Of a stretch of DNA of 64,000 nucleotides, positions 53,311 through 63,830 are shown in pieces. The notes beneath the pieces were generated by a model. The model was not told where the DNA came from, did not search any database, and worked only from the letters and a program-made list of their open reading frames with translations. The position numbers and the translations under genes were made by a program. Position 1 is the first letter of the stretch. Every line of letters begins with the position of its first letter. The DNA comes from Candidatus Altimarinota bacterium. GTDB lineage: Bacteria; Patescibacteriota; Gracilibacteria; CAIRYL01; GCA-016699755. Where the stretch lies: the NCBI GenBank assembly GCA_963664295.1, contig OY760935.1, positions 416,001-480,000 of the forward strand. The letters run 5' to 3'.

Positions 53311-54885
53311 TTACAAAAATTTAACAACCATCAAAGTAATATCATCTTCCTGAGGATAATTACCCATATACTTTCTTACTTCCTCTAAAATTGCATCATG
53401 AACTTCTTGAGCATTCTCTTTTTTTCCATGCTTTTTAATTATCTCTTTAAAATAATCCATACCTAATTGAGTTTCTGGCGCACTATATGCCTCTGGAATA
53501 CCATCAGAATATAAAAACATCATATCTCCGCTCTGATAATCAACTTTTACTGCCTCGGTTTTGCTAGATATATCCGGCAACATGCCCATAGCAAGACCAC
53601 CAGAGGCAAGAGTTTCAATTTCTCCTGTTTCTGCTTTTAATAAAAGTATTTGATCATGTCCACATTGAACAAAGTTCATTATTTTTTCCTGCATATTCCA
53701 ATGGCAAGCAACACAAGTTAAAAATGTTGTTGGCCCTGTCTTTTCTGCCAATATTAAGTTTGTATCATCTACTATTTTCTTTGGGTCTGTGCTATCGAGA
53801 GTAGCCGCATAAAAACCTGAATTTGCCAAAGCAACGAGCAAGCTAGCGCCAACTCCATGCCCTGTTGCATCTCCCACATAGAAAAATTGATTGTCGTCTG
53901 TGAGTTTTTGAAAGTCATAACAATCTCCGCCTACTTCTGAGGCTGGTGAAGTAGATACTGCTATGTCTAATCCTTCTATTTTTGGTGCTTTTGTTGGCAA
54001 AATCCCCTCTTGAATTTTTCTAGCTATTTCTAGTTCTTTTGACACTCTTTCGTGTTCTATTTTTATTTCTATGCTTTTTTCAAGATCAATTGCCATTTGA
54101 TTAAATGTATCTGCCAATAATCTTGTCTCATCATTGGTTTTTACATCAACTCGCACTGTAAGGTCACCAGTGGCTATTTGCTTTGCTCCTTTTGTTAAGC
54201 TCATTATTGGATTTACCAATTTTCGAGCAAAAACAAAAGCAATCAAAAGACCCACAATTGCAATCACCAATAATACAAGCAATATTGTGCGTACTGCTGA
54301 CAATATGCGTTCTTCTAAAAATTTATAAGATACTGAATAAACAATTCTGGTTTGATTATCTCCACTTGGATAAACTATTTCACGCACTATTTCGTCATTT
54401 TGAACTACTGGAACCTCTTTTTCATTTGCATCTACATAAATATTTTCTCCATTATCTCCTTCTTTTACATAAATCACTCTTTTGTCTGTAATTATTGCTG
54501 GTTTTATATCTTGAATTGTTTTTTCTAATCGCTCTTCTACTTCTCCCTGCCCTTGCTCACCTATTGGCAAAGAAGAATCAAAAACAACTTCACCAGAAAA
54601 TTTTGCTATTTGAATACGACTTATGTCTTCATTAAGAGAAAAAATATGATTTAATTCTCTGTCAAAAAATAAATAACTTTCTGATTTAAAATAAAGCTCA
54701 TAAGCATCTTGCAATGGCTCTGTTGCTAATTCTGCAAAATGCACACCATTTTTCCAAATATCTTGTTTTATATCTTTACTTTTTTGGTTTATAAGAAAAT
54801 ATCCACTAACAGCAATACTAAGAACTAATAATATTGATATTAATAATGGTAATTTATGTTTAATTGAGAAAAAAAATCTTTTCAT
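53311..54885 (-). CDS. Membrane sensor with HAMP and SpoIIE/PP2C (RsbU-like) phosphatase domain
   Basis: Two TMs around an extracellular domain, HAMP (P...L..GA..IATGDL...DE...LA.TFNQM), VGGDCYD, VGDATGHG, YSDGI, EDDIT. Confidence 0.92.
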   Translation of the reverse strand: MKRFFFSIKHKLPLLISILLVLSIAVSGYFLINQKSKDIKQDIWKNGVHFAELATEPLQDAYELYFKSESYLFFDRELNHIFSLNEDISRIQIAKFSGEVVFDSSLPIGEQGQGEVEERLEKTIQDIKPAIITDKRVIYVKEGDNGENIYVDANEKEVPVVQNDEIVREIVYPSGDNQTRIVYSVSYKFLEERILSAVRTILLVLLVIAIVGLLIAFVFARKLVNPIMSLTKGAKQIATGDLTVRVDVKTNDETRLLADTFNQMAIDLEKSIEIKIEHERVSKELEIARKIQEGILPTKAPKIEGLDIAVSTSPASEVGGDCYDFQKLTDDNQFFYVGDATGHGVGASLLVALANSGFYAATLDSTDPKKIVDDTNLILAEKTGPTTFLTCVACHWNMQEKIMNFVQCGHDQILLLKAETGEIETLASGGLAMGMLPDISSKTEAVKVDYQSGDMMFLYSDGIPEAYSAPETQLGMDYFKEIIKKHGKKENAQEVHDAILEEVRKYMGNYPQEDDITLMVVKFL

Positions 54886-54891
54886 GGTTTA

Positions 54892-56388
54892 TTAAAAATG
54901 AATTATGCCATCAGAGCGAATAGAAATATTATATTCTGACGGAAGATAGGCAAGAAGATTGTCTATTGCAAAAAGCGGTAAACCAATCATGTCTTTTGTT
55001 ATAATGATTTCCATGGCTTCCTGAAGAGCTTTTAAGCGCTTTTCCTCGTCAACCTCAAATAAGCTTTTTTTAATATATTTATCAAGCTCCTCATTACTAT
55101 ATTCAAGTAAATTTAATTCACTACTTGAAAAAACAAAATCTCTTAAAAAATCATCTGTACTTCCTTTTGAGAAATCCCAACCAATTAAATAAAAATCTGC
55201 TGTTTTTTCTTTCATACTTTGCACCAATTCCTGCTCTGAAATTGTATTTATGTTTATTCTAATATCTAATTGTTCAAATTGTTCTTTTAAAAATTGTCCC
55301 AAAACCAAGTTTTGTCCTGTTAAATTTAATTCAAAAATTCTTTCTTCTTGAATTTCTATTATTTCTTTTGCTTTTTGCAAATTATATACTGGCAATTCTA
55401 TGTCTGGTTTATAGCCAAAAATACCACTTCCTGCAAATTGGCTTGTTAATTTTATTCCTTTAATTAATTCTTTTATTTTTTCTCTATTTATAGCGATATT
55501 TAATGCTTGTTGATTATTTTTATTTTGTAAAAATTCTGTTTCTGGATTAAATAATAAAAATACTGACTTTATGCCCGGACTTTCTATTATTTTTACACTT
55601 GAGTTGTTTTTTATTTGTTCTATAAAAATTGGTGGAACATCAGCAAGTACCTGTGTTTCTCCACCTAATATTTGACCTAATCTAGCATATTTATTTTCTT
55701 TTTTTTGTAATATTAAATTTTTTGGATAATTTTCTGGATTTTTCCAGTATTGTTCATTTCTTTGAAAATTTACCTTTTTTTCATCTATTTCTTTTAATTT
55801 AAAAGGACCTGTTCCTATATATTCCGAAACTTTTCCTTCTCTTACTTGCTCTTCTGGGGTTATGTAGATATTTGTTAACTCAGAAAGCAAAGTTGGCATT
55901 GGGTCTGCTGTGTTTATTTTGATTGTAAATTCATCTACTTTTTCGATTGATTCAATATTTAAAAGAAAATCTTTAAAAAGAGAATTTGAATTTGACCTTG
56001 CTCTTTCTAAGGTAGCAATTACATCATCTGCATTAAACTCACTGCCATCGTGAAAAACCACTTCTTTTCTAAGATTAAACTGCCATTCTGTTTCTGAAAT
56101 CATGCCCCAAGAAACTGCCAAGGCAGGTTTTATGGCAAAATGATCATCAAAATCCACCAAAGACTCATAAGTAAAAGCTAATTCTCTTTTTCCATAAAAA
56201 TCATAAGCAATTGGGTCTATGTCATCTGATAAATTGTTTACTGTAATAGTAAATTGTTCTTGTTCTGGTGCACTTGAGTGAATTGGACTCTCGTTTAATT
56301 TTTTTATTTGATCTGCATTGTAATAAGCAAAAACTCCTACTGCTAATAAAAAATGTACGCCGATGATTGCTATAAATTTTTTAATCAT
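54892..56388 (-). CDS. ABC-type family 5 (peptide/nickel) solute-binding protein, no permease adjacent
   Basis: YESLV, PALAVSW, WQFNLRKEVVFHDGS.FNADDV..T, IGTGPF, AINRE. Confidence 0.88.
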   Translation of the reverse strand: MIKKFIAIIGVHFLLAVGVFAYYNADQIKKLNESPIHSSAPEQEQFTITVNNLSDDIDPIAYDFYGKRELAFTYESLVDFDDHFAIKPALAVSWGMISETEWQFNLRKEVVFHDGSEFNADDVIATLERARSNSNSLFKDFLLNIESIEKVDEFTIKINTADPMPTLLSELTNIYITPEEQVREGKVSEYIGTGPFKLKEIDEKKVNFQRNEQYWKNPENYPKNLILQKKENKYARLGQILGGETQVLADVPPIFIEQIKNNSSVKIIESPGIKSVFLLFNPETEFLQNKNNQQALNIAINREKIKELIKGIKLTSQFAGSGIFGYKPDIELPVYNLQKAKEIIEIQEERIFELNLTGQNLVLGQFLKEQFEQLDIRININTISEQELVQSMKEKTADFYLIGWDFSKGSTDDFLRDFVFSSSELNLLEYSNEELDKYIKKSLFEVDEEKRLKALQEAMEIIITKDMIGLPLFAIDNLLAYLPSEYNISIRSDGIIHF

Positions 56389-59300
56389 TTTTTGTTTTTA
56401 TATTTGTTTCTTGTTTTGTTGCTTTATTTTCTTGTCTTCTGCGAATAAAATAAAAAGATGAGATAATAAAGCTAATCAATATCAATAAGTAAAAAAACAT
56501 TTCTAAGCTACCTTCTTCTACGAATATGTATTTATCGTCAATTTTAAAAGGAATTGTTAGTGTTTCACTTTTGATATTATCTGGTGTTATTGCGTATAAA
56601 ATTACTTTATGCTCTCCTGGCTCTAATTTTCGCGGAGAAATAAGCTCAAAATCACCAGCAGGACTATCTGCAATTACTGACGCAGAGGTTAAAATACTTT
56701 GAAAAGTTCCGTGCACTGTTGATCCATAATAAGTATTGCCACGAACAATCACATTGCCGTCTTTTATGATAATTTCTTTTACTGTTAGTGGCACAAATTT
56801 GCCCACTTGATCTGCTTCAAGATAATTATCATTTATTGCTAATACTTGCGGAGAAGGCAGTGCAAAGTCATCGGCCACTATAATTTTTACCGGCCTACTT
56901 TCTTTAATCACATTTCTTGTTTCCACATCTACTGCTGTAGCATGTAGTGTGTATTTGCCTTCTAGTAATTCTACTTCGGAAGGTAAAATATATTTTCCTT
57001 CTGCATCTACTAAAGCAGAACCAAGACGAATAGTTTTGTTATTTTCATCTATTGCCACTATTTCCATCATTTGATTGGCTGGTCCAGCGCCTTTCACAAA
57101 AATACTGCTTTCACCTGTTTTATCGTTGTCGCGCCAATTAGCAATAGTTGCTAATAATTCACCTTGATCTGGCACAAGTGGGTCTGTTCCTAGTTCTAAA
57201 ACCTCTTCACCATCTGTAGCTCCATCGCCATCTGTATCTTTATTGTTTGGATCTGTGCCATATTGAGCTTCTAATCCATCACTAAGACCATCTTGATCAC
57301 TATCTTTAATTCCACTACTTGTTAAGTTATTTAATGCATCTGGCAATACACTTTCGTCCTCAGGCACTATTACTAATTGGTATTGTGTCTCTTCTGGCGT
57401 GTAAATTGCTTCCTCTTCTTCCTCAGGAATAATAGTCACTTCTATCTCCGAAGGGGCACCAAGCAAACATTGCACCAAAAAATTAAGTCCATCAGAAGAA
57501 TTATTTGCATCTAGATTGTGTGATTCTTCCCAGTAATCAGGCATGCCATCATTATCACTATCTATTAGTTTACAATCTTTAAACTCAAGAAATTTATCTG
57601 CAATTATTGCAAATTCACCTCTGTTTATTTTTTCTTCTGGATAAACATTGCCATCTTTATCTGAAATCAAACCTAAGTTGTAGGCTGTGTAAACTTCTTC
57701 TTTATACCAAGCTCCTTCTGGTACGTCTTTTAATGGCTTACTTGCTTGTTCATCAAGCTTCATACCACTTTGACGCAATAAAATTGCTACTGCTTGTGCA
57801 CGAGTAATGTTTTCGTCTGGTCTAAAATATCCATCACCAAAACCCTGCACCACGCCCAAAGCTTTTGATTTTATGATACAAAAATAATACCAAGAATTCG
57901 GCGAAACATCTGGAAATGGCTGTACATTACTATATTTTGCTTTTTCTTCTGCTGTTGGATTAGCACAATTCAAACAATTTGTTGCTCCCATGGCAATTTT
58001 TACATACTCAGATCTGGTTATTTTATCTTCTGGTCTAAATTCTTCCGAAGACATTATTAATCTGCGATCATAAAGACTATAAACTGCCTCATATATAGGA
58101 GTATTTTCTTCTAAATCAGAGAAAAATTCCTCTTGATCTTGATATTGGCTGTATTCAAAAATACTGTCTAGTTTTTCAAGAGTTGTTTGCACTCTTGTAG
58201 CAGAAACTTGCACTCCTTCCTGACCATAATATTCAAGTTCAGCAATAATTTCCCCTATTTGTGCTTGAATTTCTTGATCATAACCTTCCTCATCAGGAAC
58301 ATAGCTCATTAATTTGTCTATGGTTTCTTGGGAAATATACCCTTCTAAACAAGAAAAATTTGAACTTCCTGTTAGATCGCTAGGACTTGCTGGACTTGAT
58401 GGTATTGTTGGAGAAAATGAAGAATCTGGCGAGCTTTCTGCTTCTTCAGACCCCTCTTCTCCTGACTCTTCCGGTTCTTCTTCACCTGATTCTTCAGGTT
58501 CTTCTTCGCCTGGCTCTTCCGGCTCTTCTTCGCCTGGTTCTTCAGGTTCTTCTGGAAGAGGCTCTTGTGCCTCTGCATCTGGCACTATATCAACAAAATA
58601 AGAATAATTACGCTCACAATTTTGCCTATTGTTAGCACTTAAAGTAATTCTTACTGTCCCTTCTTCTGTGATTGAATTTTGTAAACTGCCTTCAGCTTGC
58701 ACATCTCCATTACTTAGTTCTGTAAAAGTTAAATTTATTACTTCACTATCAACAACAGCAGTAATTGAGCTGTTTATTAAATCACTACCTCCACCAGATA
58801 TAGAAAATTGAACATAATTTAATGAACTTATTTCTGCATTATTTTCAGGATTTAAACTATAAAATTGTGGTCTTAAACTTGGAGTACAAGTCACTGGCTC
58901 TGGTGGCTCTGGTGGCTCATCTGACCCAGGGTCATAACCACCTCCTCCACCTCCACCATCATCTGGATCTTCTGGAGGTGCTGTTCCACATGCAATCACA
59001 GTATGATTTTCTAGTTTGCAACTTTCACAATCTTCTCGACTTTCATTACCACCTTCGTCAAAGGCACGAACTAAAAAATCCCAACTTTCACCAACTTGCG
59101 GTGTTGTTAAATTGGCATTGGGTGCTGTTGGCACATTAACTGTTGTTAATAATACATAACTTGCTTCTGAGCTTTTTTTGCCATAAATATGGTAACCTGC
59201 AAGTCCGCCACTCAAAATATGCAGACTGTCCTCCCAGCTAAGCTCCAAGCCAGCTGTATCTCTACAGCCGGCACTAGTGTTAGTGGGAGGAGCAATCTGT

Positions 59301-59428
59301 ACATATACTTGTATATCAACATCTTCGCTCACGTCCGCAAGGACGATATTATTTGTTGCAATTATGGTTATTAAAGCCAATATTGCTAATAATTTTTTGC
59401 CAACAATGTTAAATAATCTGTTTTTCAC
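56381..59428 (-). CDS. Large surface protein: FnIII/Ig-like, E/P-rich stalk, SLH repeats, Ca-binding DxDxDG repeats, C-terminal TM
   Basis: ITRSEYVK, ITRAQAVA and INRGEFA SLH repeats; DSDNDGMPD, DSDQDGLSD, DTDGDGATDG; C-terminal hydrophobic helix plus RRR. Confidence 0.85.
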   Translation of the reverse strand: MKNRLFNIVGKKLLAILALITIIATNNIVLADVSEDVDIQVYVQIAPPTNTSAGCRDTAGLELSWEDSLHILSGGLAGYHIYGKKSSEASYVLLTTVNVPTAPNANLTTPQVGESWDFLVRAFDEGGNESREDCESCKLENHTVIACGTAPPEDPDDGGGGGGGYDPGSDEPPEPPEPVTCTPSLRPQFYSLNPENNAEISSLNYVQFSISGGGSDLINSSITAVVDSEVINLTFTELSNGDVQAEGSLQNSITEEGTVRITLSANNRQNCERNYSYFVDIVPDAEAQEPLPEEPEEPGEEEPEEPGEEEPEESGEEEPEESGEEGSEEAESSPDSSFSPTIPSSPASPSDLTGSSNFSCLEGYISQETIDKLMSYVPDEEGYDQEIQAQIGEIIAELEYYGQEGVQVSATRVQTTLEKLDSIFEYSQYQDQEEFFSDLEENTPIYEAVYSLYDRRLIMSSEEFRPEDKITRSEYVKIAMGATNCLNCANPTAEEKAKYSNVQPFPDVSPNSWYYFCIIKSKALGVVQGFGDGYFRPDENITRAQAVAILLRQSGMKLDEQASKPLKDVPEGAWYKEEVYTAYNLGLISDKDGNVYPEEKINRGEFAIIADKFLEFKDCKLIDSDNDGMPDYWEESHNLDANNSSDGLNFLVQCLLGAPSEIEVTIIPEEEEEAIYTPEETQYQLVIVPEDESVLPDALNNLTSSGIKDSDQDGLSDGLEAQYGTDPNNKDTDGDGATDGEEVLELGTDPLVPDQGELLATIANWRDNDKTGESSIFVKGAGPANQMMEIVAIDENNKTIRLGSALVDAEGKYILPSEVELLEGKYTLHATAVDVETRNVIKESRPVKIIVADDFALPSPQVLAINDNYLEADQVGKFVPLTVKEIIIKDGNVIVRGNTYYGSTVHGTFQSILTSASVIADSPAGDFELISPRKLEPGEHKVILYAITPDNIKSETLTIPFKIDDKYIFVEEGSLEMFFYLLILISFIISSFYFIRRRQENKATKQETNIKTKND
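58440..58560 (-). repeat. Coding tandem repeat (24-bp unit, EEPEE[P/S]GE)
   Basis: PEEPEEPGEEEPEEPGEEEPEESGEEEPEESGEE in the S-layer protein. Confidence 0.85.
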
Positions 59429-59483
59429 TTTAAATTTTTTTATTTTTATTTTTTGTTTTTTGCTTATTTCAGTTTAGATCAGT

Positions 59484-60782
59484 TTATTTTTTTGATCTAC
59501 CTGCGTAATAAACAACAACCAAAAGAATTAATACAGCAAGACCTGCTACTGCCATACCTTTTGGAGTTTGTAGGAAACTTTTTGCTGTACCAGCAGCTTC
59601 AGCACCTGTGAAAGTTGCTTCACTTGTTAGCTCTTCGCCAGTAAGACCGTATTTTAAAGCTAATTTAGCTGTGTATTCACCTTCTGGAACTTCTTTACCT
59701 TCTAACCAGTCTATTTTTACTGTTTCAGATGAACCAGGAACAACATATTCCATATCTTCTGGTAAATCAATTTTTACAACAGGAGCATTGTATTCATTGA
59801 ATACCTCAATTGCTCCAACTGGTTTTTCGTATACCTTACCGCTATTTTTAAATTCAATAGCAAAATAAGCTGAACCATTTTCTGTCATCAATTTAAAACT
59901 TTCAACTGAAAGATCAGAACTTGTATCAAAATCTAATTCGCTTGTAAGCATGTCTTCTTCATTACCATAAGCAAGATTTAGCTTAGCTGTGTATTTGCCT
60001 TCAGCAATATTTTCTGACCATGTAGGACGGAAAACTCTAGCACTGCCAGGCAAAACATTACCACCGTTGATATTAACAGGAATTTCATCAGCAACTACTT
60101 CTTTTCCTGTTTCAGGGTCTTTATAGCGAGCAACTTCTTCTAATTTTTCGCCACTCTCGTTATAAAGAGCAATTTCACCAACTGGTTTTGAGTGAATATT
60201 ACCTGTGTTTTTAAAATTAACAGCAAGTGTCACAGCTTGATCACTGTAAAGTTTGTCTTCATAAAGACTAAACTCATCTAATTCACCTGTTAAAATTTCT
60301 TCACCAGTCACCTGAATAAGGATCAAGCTAGCAACTCTGCTACGAACCTGAACACCTTCAGTGTCTTCTACAACTGGTTCATATAAAATTGAAGCATATC
60401 TACCACCTGGTTCAGCACCTTCTGGAACTGTCACTGTAAAAGTGGTTTCTTTTTCAGAATTTGCCTCAAGAGTAATCTCTTCTTCGCCAAATTGAATCCA
60501 TTTTTCAATGTTACGAGGATCATTTTCTTCTAAATCAATGTTTTCTGGATAACCATCAAGATCATTTGCCACATAAACATCAATTTCTGGCTTAACAGTC
60601 ACTTGTTTGTTTTCACTGTTAATAACTTTGATTGTAGCTGTTGCAGAAGAGCCTGGATCAATAGTCAGCTCTGTTCTGAGGGGCTTAACGCCAACAGCAA
60701 GGGCGCTTGAAGCATAAAGTAGAAACGATAATGCTCCCAAAACCAACAATTTGGTCAGTTTTTGTGTGTTAATGTAAGTCAT
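59484..60782 (-). CDS. DUF916/WxL-interacting- or pilus-chaperone-like exported protein with C-terminal TM
   Basis: Signal peptide, GVKPLRTELTIDPG, W(I), F.VTVP..AEPGG.YA, two NTGN.H/NSG...P.G Ig-like domains with GxYTAKL, C-terminal TM plus basic tail. Confidence 0.65.
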   Translation of the reverse strand: MTYINTQKLTKLLVLGALSFLLYASSALAVGVKPLRTELTIDPGSSATATIKVINSENKQVTVKPEIDVYVANDLDGYPENIDLEENDPRNIEKWIQFGEEEITLEANSEKETTFTVTVPEGAEPGGRYASILYEPVVEDTEGVQVRSRVASLILIQVTGEEILTGELDEFSLYEDKLYSDQAVTLAVNFKNTGNIHSKPVGEIALYNESGEKLEEVARYKDPETGKEVVADEIPVNINGGNVLPGSARVFRPTWSENIAEGKYTAKLNLAYGNEEDMLTSELDFDTSSDLSVESFKLMTENGSAYFAIEFKNSGKVYEKPVGAIEVFNEYNAPVVKIDLPEDMEYVVPGSSETVKIDWLEGKEVPEGEYTAKLALKYGLTGEELTSEATFTGAEAAGTAKSFLQTPKGMAVAGLAVLILLVVVYYAGRSKK

Positions 60783-60855
60783 TTTTTGTATATAAAAAAT
60801 TTTTTAAAATTCTGTCATTTTTTTGCTGTTTAAGCAAGTTTTTTTAATATAAAAA

Positions 60856-62316
60856 TTAAAAAGTAGGTAAAGCAGTATAATAAATAATACCTGAGTAAAT
60901 ACCTGCGGGAGTTAAAAAGTTAATATTTAAGCCATAATATATTGTATGTATCTGCATATTTGTATTTGTTGAATAACCTACAGCATCTATGGTCCCATCA
61001 TATAAATCTAACACTTCAGAAGTATTTGAAAAAACAGAAACTGGATTTGCGTCTGCTTGTAATTCTTCTTTTGTCTTATTCACATCATCATTATAAGCAA
61101 TATAACCAAAAACATTCTCATCTACCTCTGGATCACCAGGTAAAATAGTGCTATCTGGACTTTTTAATGTTGCATTATCTTCGCTATCTAAAAGTTGTCC
61201 CAAAATTTTATAACCACCAATTGCATTAGTGCTTACTTCAATTTTAGTACTTTGGGAATAATCCTCACCATTATTAACAGATGGATCAACGCTGATATTT
61301 ACAATATTACTATCAAGGGTCATAATTAAGGCTTCTTGAACTGTGACAACAACATTAACTCTATTGTCTATATTGACATAGCCAATACCAGCGTCTATGA
61401 GAACATCACTAGTATCTCTGGTAAGTGTACTGATAGTATATTGACCTGGTGATGATGGATTTGTGTCTAAAACAGTAGAGTCAAAAGCCAAATTAATCAC
61501 ATCACCCGCATCAATACTAGAATTTAATTCAATATTTAAAACATTATTAAGAAGACTAGCTGAAGTAATATTGCTTTGAATATTGGTTTCATTAACTGTA
61601 AAACTAGTTATATTAGGTATAATATCTGCAATATTGTCCATCACAAAATCAGCAGGAAAATGAACAACAATGTGACTTCCGCTAGGAAAATCTGATCCCA
61701 AAATAATATCAAAGTCCATTTCAACATTCTCTGCTAAAACAGAACTATTGCTTAATTCTAAGTCAGAAAACAAATCCCCTGCTCCAGGCATTATTATTAA
61801 AGAATAAATTGCTGAAAATGTATCACTGTCGTCAGTGTCAGTAATTATAAAATTAAATTCATAATTATCAGCAATATAAGGATTTACATCTATTACCGTA
61901 GAATCACAACTTATTACTAATTCATCACCAACATCAAAAGAACTATTAGCGGTAAAATGCAACTCTTTAGCTGATAAATAAGTACTTACATCATCTTCAA
62001 CTAAACTAGATGGCGTAGTGTTTATCTCAAGGCTACAATGATCCCAAAGATGATTATCGCCTGGGCCGTTAATGTTATCTGACATAAAAAGATCTGGTAT
62101 TGTAATTGCTATTTCTGCTGTGTGACCAGCCTCAGATGCAATTTCAGAGGTGATAGAAAAAACAGCATTACCAGGCGCTTGATTAGCAATATTGTTATCC
62201 AAAACAATGCTTTCGTTTGAAGCAAAAACAAAATCACTCACAAAAAACAAAGAAACCATACAAACAATGGTTGTAAATTTTTTTGCCAATTTTTTATTAA
62301 GCGATTTTATTTTCAT
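60856..62316 (-). CDS. Secreted acidic beta-rich protein, WxL/pilin-subunit-like
   Basis: Signal peptide; C-terminal domain with STNA.GY and terminal TPAGIYSGIIYYTALPTF; paralog of the next gene. Confidence 0.6.
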   Translation of the reverse strand: MKIKSLNKKLAKKFTTIVCMVSLFFVSDFVFASNESIVLDNNIANQAPGNAVFSITSEIASEAGHTAEIAITIPDLFMSDNINGPGDNHLWDHCSLEINTTPSSLVEDDVSTYLSAKELHFTANSSFDVGDELVISCDSTVIDVNPYIADNYEFNFIITDTDDSDTFSAIYSLIIMPGAGDLFSDLELSNSSVLAENVEMDFDIILGSDFPSGSHIVVHFPADFVMDNIADIIPNITSFTVNETNIQSNITSASLLNNVLNIELNSSIDAGDVINLAFDSTVLDTNPSSPGQYTISTLTRDTSDVLIDAGIGYVNIDNRVNVVVTVQEALIMTLDSNIVNISVDPSVNNGEDYSQSTKIEVSTNAIGGYKILGQLLDSEDNATLKSPDSTILPGDPEVDENVFGYIAYNDDVNKTKEELQADANPVSVFSNTSEVLDLYDGTIDAVGYSTNTNMQIHTIYYGLNINFLTPAGIYSGIIYYTALPTF

Positions 62317-62331
62317 TTTTTTATTTTTTGC

Positions 62332-63357
62332 CTAAAAAGATGGCACAGCAGTATAAACAACACTGCCTGAGTAAATACCAGCTATTGTTTGATAATCAAC
62401 ATAAAGAATATAGTAAATTGTGTGGTCTTGTGAGTTTGTGTTTGATGCAAAACCTACTCCGCTTGCTGTACCGTCGTATAGTGTTAAGTCTGATGATGAG
62501 CTTGTGAATAATGGAGTTGACCCTGTTGCTTCAAGATCAGTTTTTAGACCTGCTTTGTCTTTTGTTGTATCTGCATTATAAGCCAAATAAGTAAACACAT
62601 TTGGCACATATGAACTACCATCGTAAACACTACCTGTATTGATGTTGTGTGTACCGTTTTTTAAAGTAGCATTAGTGTCTGAGTCTTGAAGTTGTGCTTG
62701 GATTTTATAACCATTAGCAGCATTAGTTTTAACGTTAAGTAGTGTTTTTTGAGAATAGTCTTCACCGTTTTTAACAGAAGGATCAACATTCAAATTTATA
62801 CTCGTATCATCAATGGTCATAATTAAAGCCTCTTGAACTGTAGTTGTCACAACAATTTCATTATCAATATCAGCATAAGCAATACCTGTATCAAGAGTTG
62901 TGCTTTCTGTGTCTTTTGTGGTTATTTGTATTCCATATTGTCCTGCAACAGAAGGATTTTGATCAATTACATTCACAGAAGCAGAAAGATTAATTGTGCT
63001 ACTTGCAGTAATTTCTGCACCAACAACAATACTTAATACATTACTAGTAAGATCAGCGCTGGTAATCGTCACACTTGCGCTATCATCCGTAAGAGTAAGC
63101 TCGCCAGTGGCATCAACAATATCGTCCATTGTAAAATCACTAGGAAAATTTACAATTATCTCACCTCCAGAGGGAACAGTAGTATCATTAATAAATTCAA
63201 ATGCAGAAGAAACAGCAGTAGCATCAACACTATTGTCACTCAAAGTGACAGTGGCATCAAAAGCTTTAACAGCAGGAATAAGAACAATTGTAAACAAAGT
63301 GCTAAGCACTACATAGTTCAAAAATTTTCCGATTTTTTTGGCAATTTCACACTGCAT
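62332..63357 (-). CDS. Secreted acidic beta-rich protein, WxL/pilin-subunit-like (paralog)
   Basis: Shares TVQEALIMT, VDPSV.NGEDYSQ.T and terminal AGIYSG...YTA.P.F with 60856-62316. Confidence 0.6.
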   Translation of the reverse strand: MQCEIAKKIGKFLNYVVLSTLFTIVLIPAVKAFDATVTLSDNSVDATAVSSAFEFINDTTVPSGGEIIVNFPSDFTMDDIVDATGELTLTDDSASVTITSADLTSNVLSIVVGAEITASSTINLSASVNVIDQNPSVAGQYGIQITTKDTESTTLDTGIAYADIDNEIVVTTTVQEALIMTIDDTSINLNVDPSVKNGEDYSQKTLLNVKTNAANGYKIQAQLQDSDTNATLKNGTHNINTGSVYDGSSYVPNVFTYLAYNADTTKDKAGLKTDLEATGSTPLFTSSSSDLTLYDGTASGVGFASNTNSQDHTIYYILYVDYQTIAGIYSGSVVYTAVPSF

Positions 63358-63460
63358 TTTATTTTTATCTCAAAACAAACTAATCTTAAAATTTTATTTC
63401 ATATCATTATATCATAAAAAAACCCGTTTTAAAAGGATAAAATCATTATTTTTTAGTATT

Positions 63461-63814
63461 TTAAAGCGGACAATTAAAAAAATAATTCATTGGTTTTCTT
63501 TTAAAAAAACAAAAAAACACATAAGGCAAAAAATCAAAGAAAAAATGCAATAAACCAAGAGGTAAAAATCTAGCAAGATTACCTGTGTCTTTGTGAATAA
63601 AAAAATATTCACCCTGATCTATTGCATGAATATGACGAAAAAGATTTTTTGACCGATAACTTTTCCCTTTATGAAGGCAATTTTTCTCACAAATAAAAAA
63701 CTTTTTAATTTCTAAAAAATCTTCTTTTTTAATCCACAAAAATAACCTATCAAACGGCTTTGTTTGAGCAATTTTTTTAAAAATTATGTAGTTCCACAAT
63801 TCTTTATCACTCAT
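63461..63814 (-). CDS. Hypothetical protein (about 117 aa)
   Basis: Start MSDKELW at 63814 avoids overlap with the upstream MFS gene; conserved-looking HIH, HKDTGN and GLLH.FFD motifs. Confidence 0.55.
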   Translation of the reverse strand: MSDKELWNYIIFKKIAQTKPFDRLFLWIKKEDFLEIKKFFICEKNCLHKGKSYRSKNLFRHIHAIDQGEYFFIHKDTGNLARFLPLGLLHFFFDFLPYVFFCFFKRKPMNYFFNCPL

Positions 63815-63830
63815 AAAAAAACAAAAAAAC

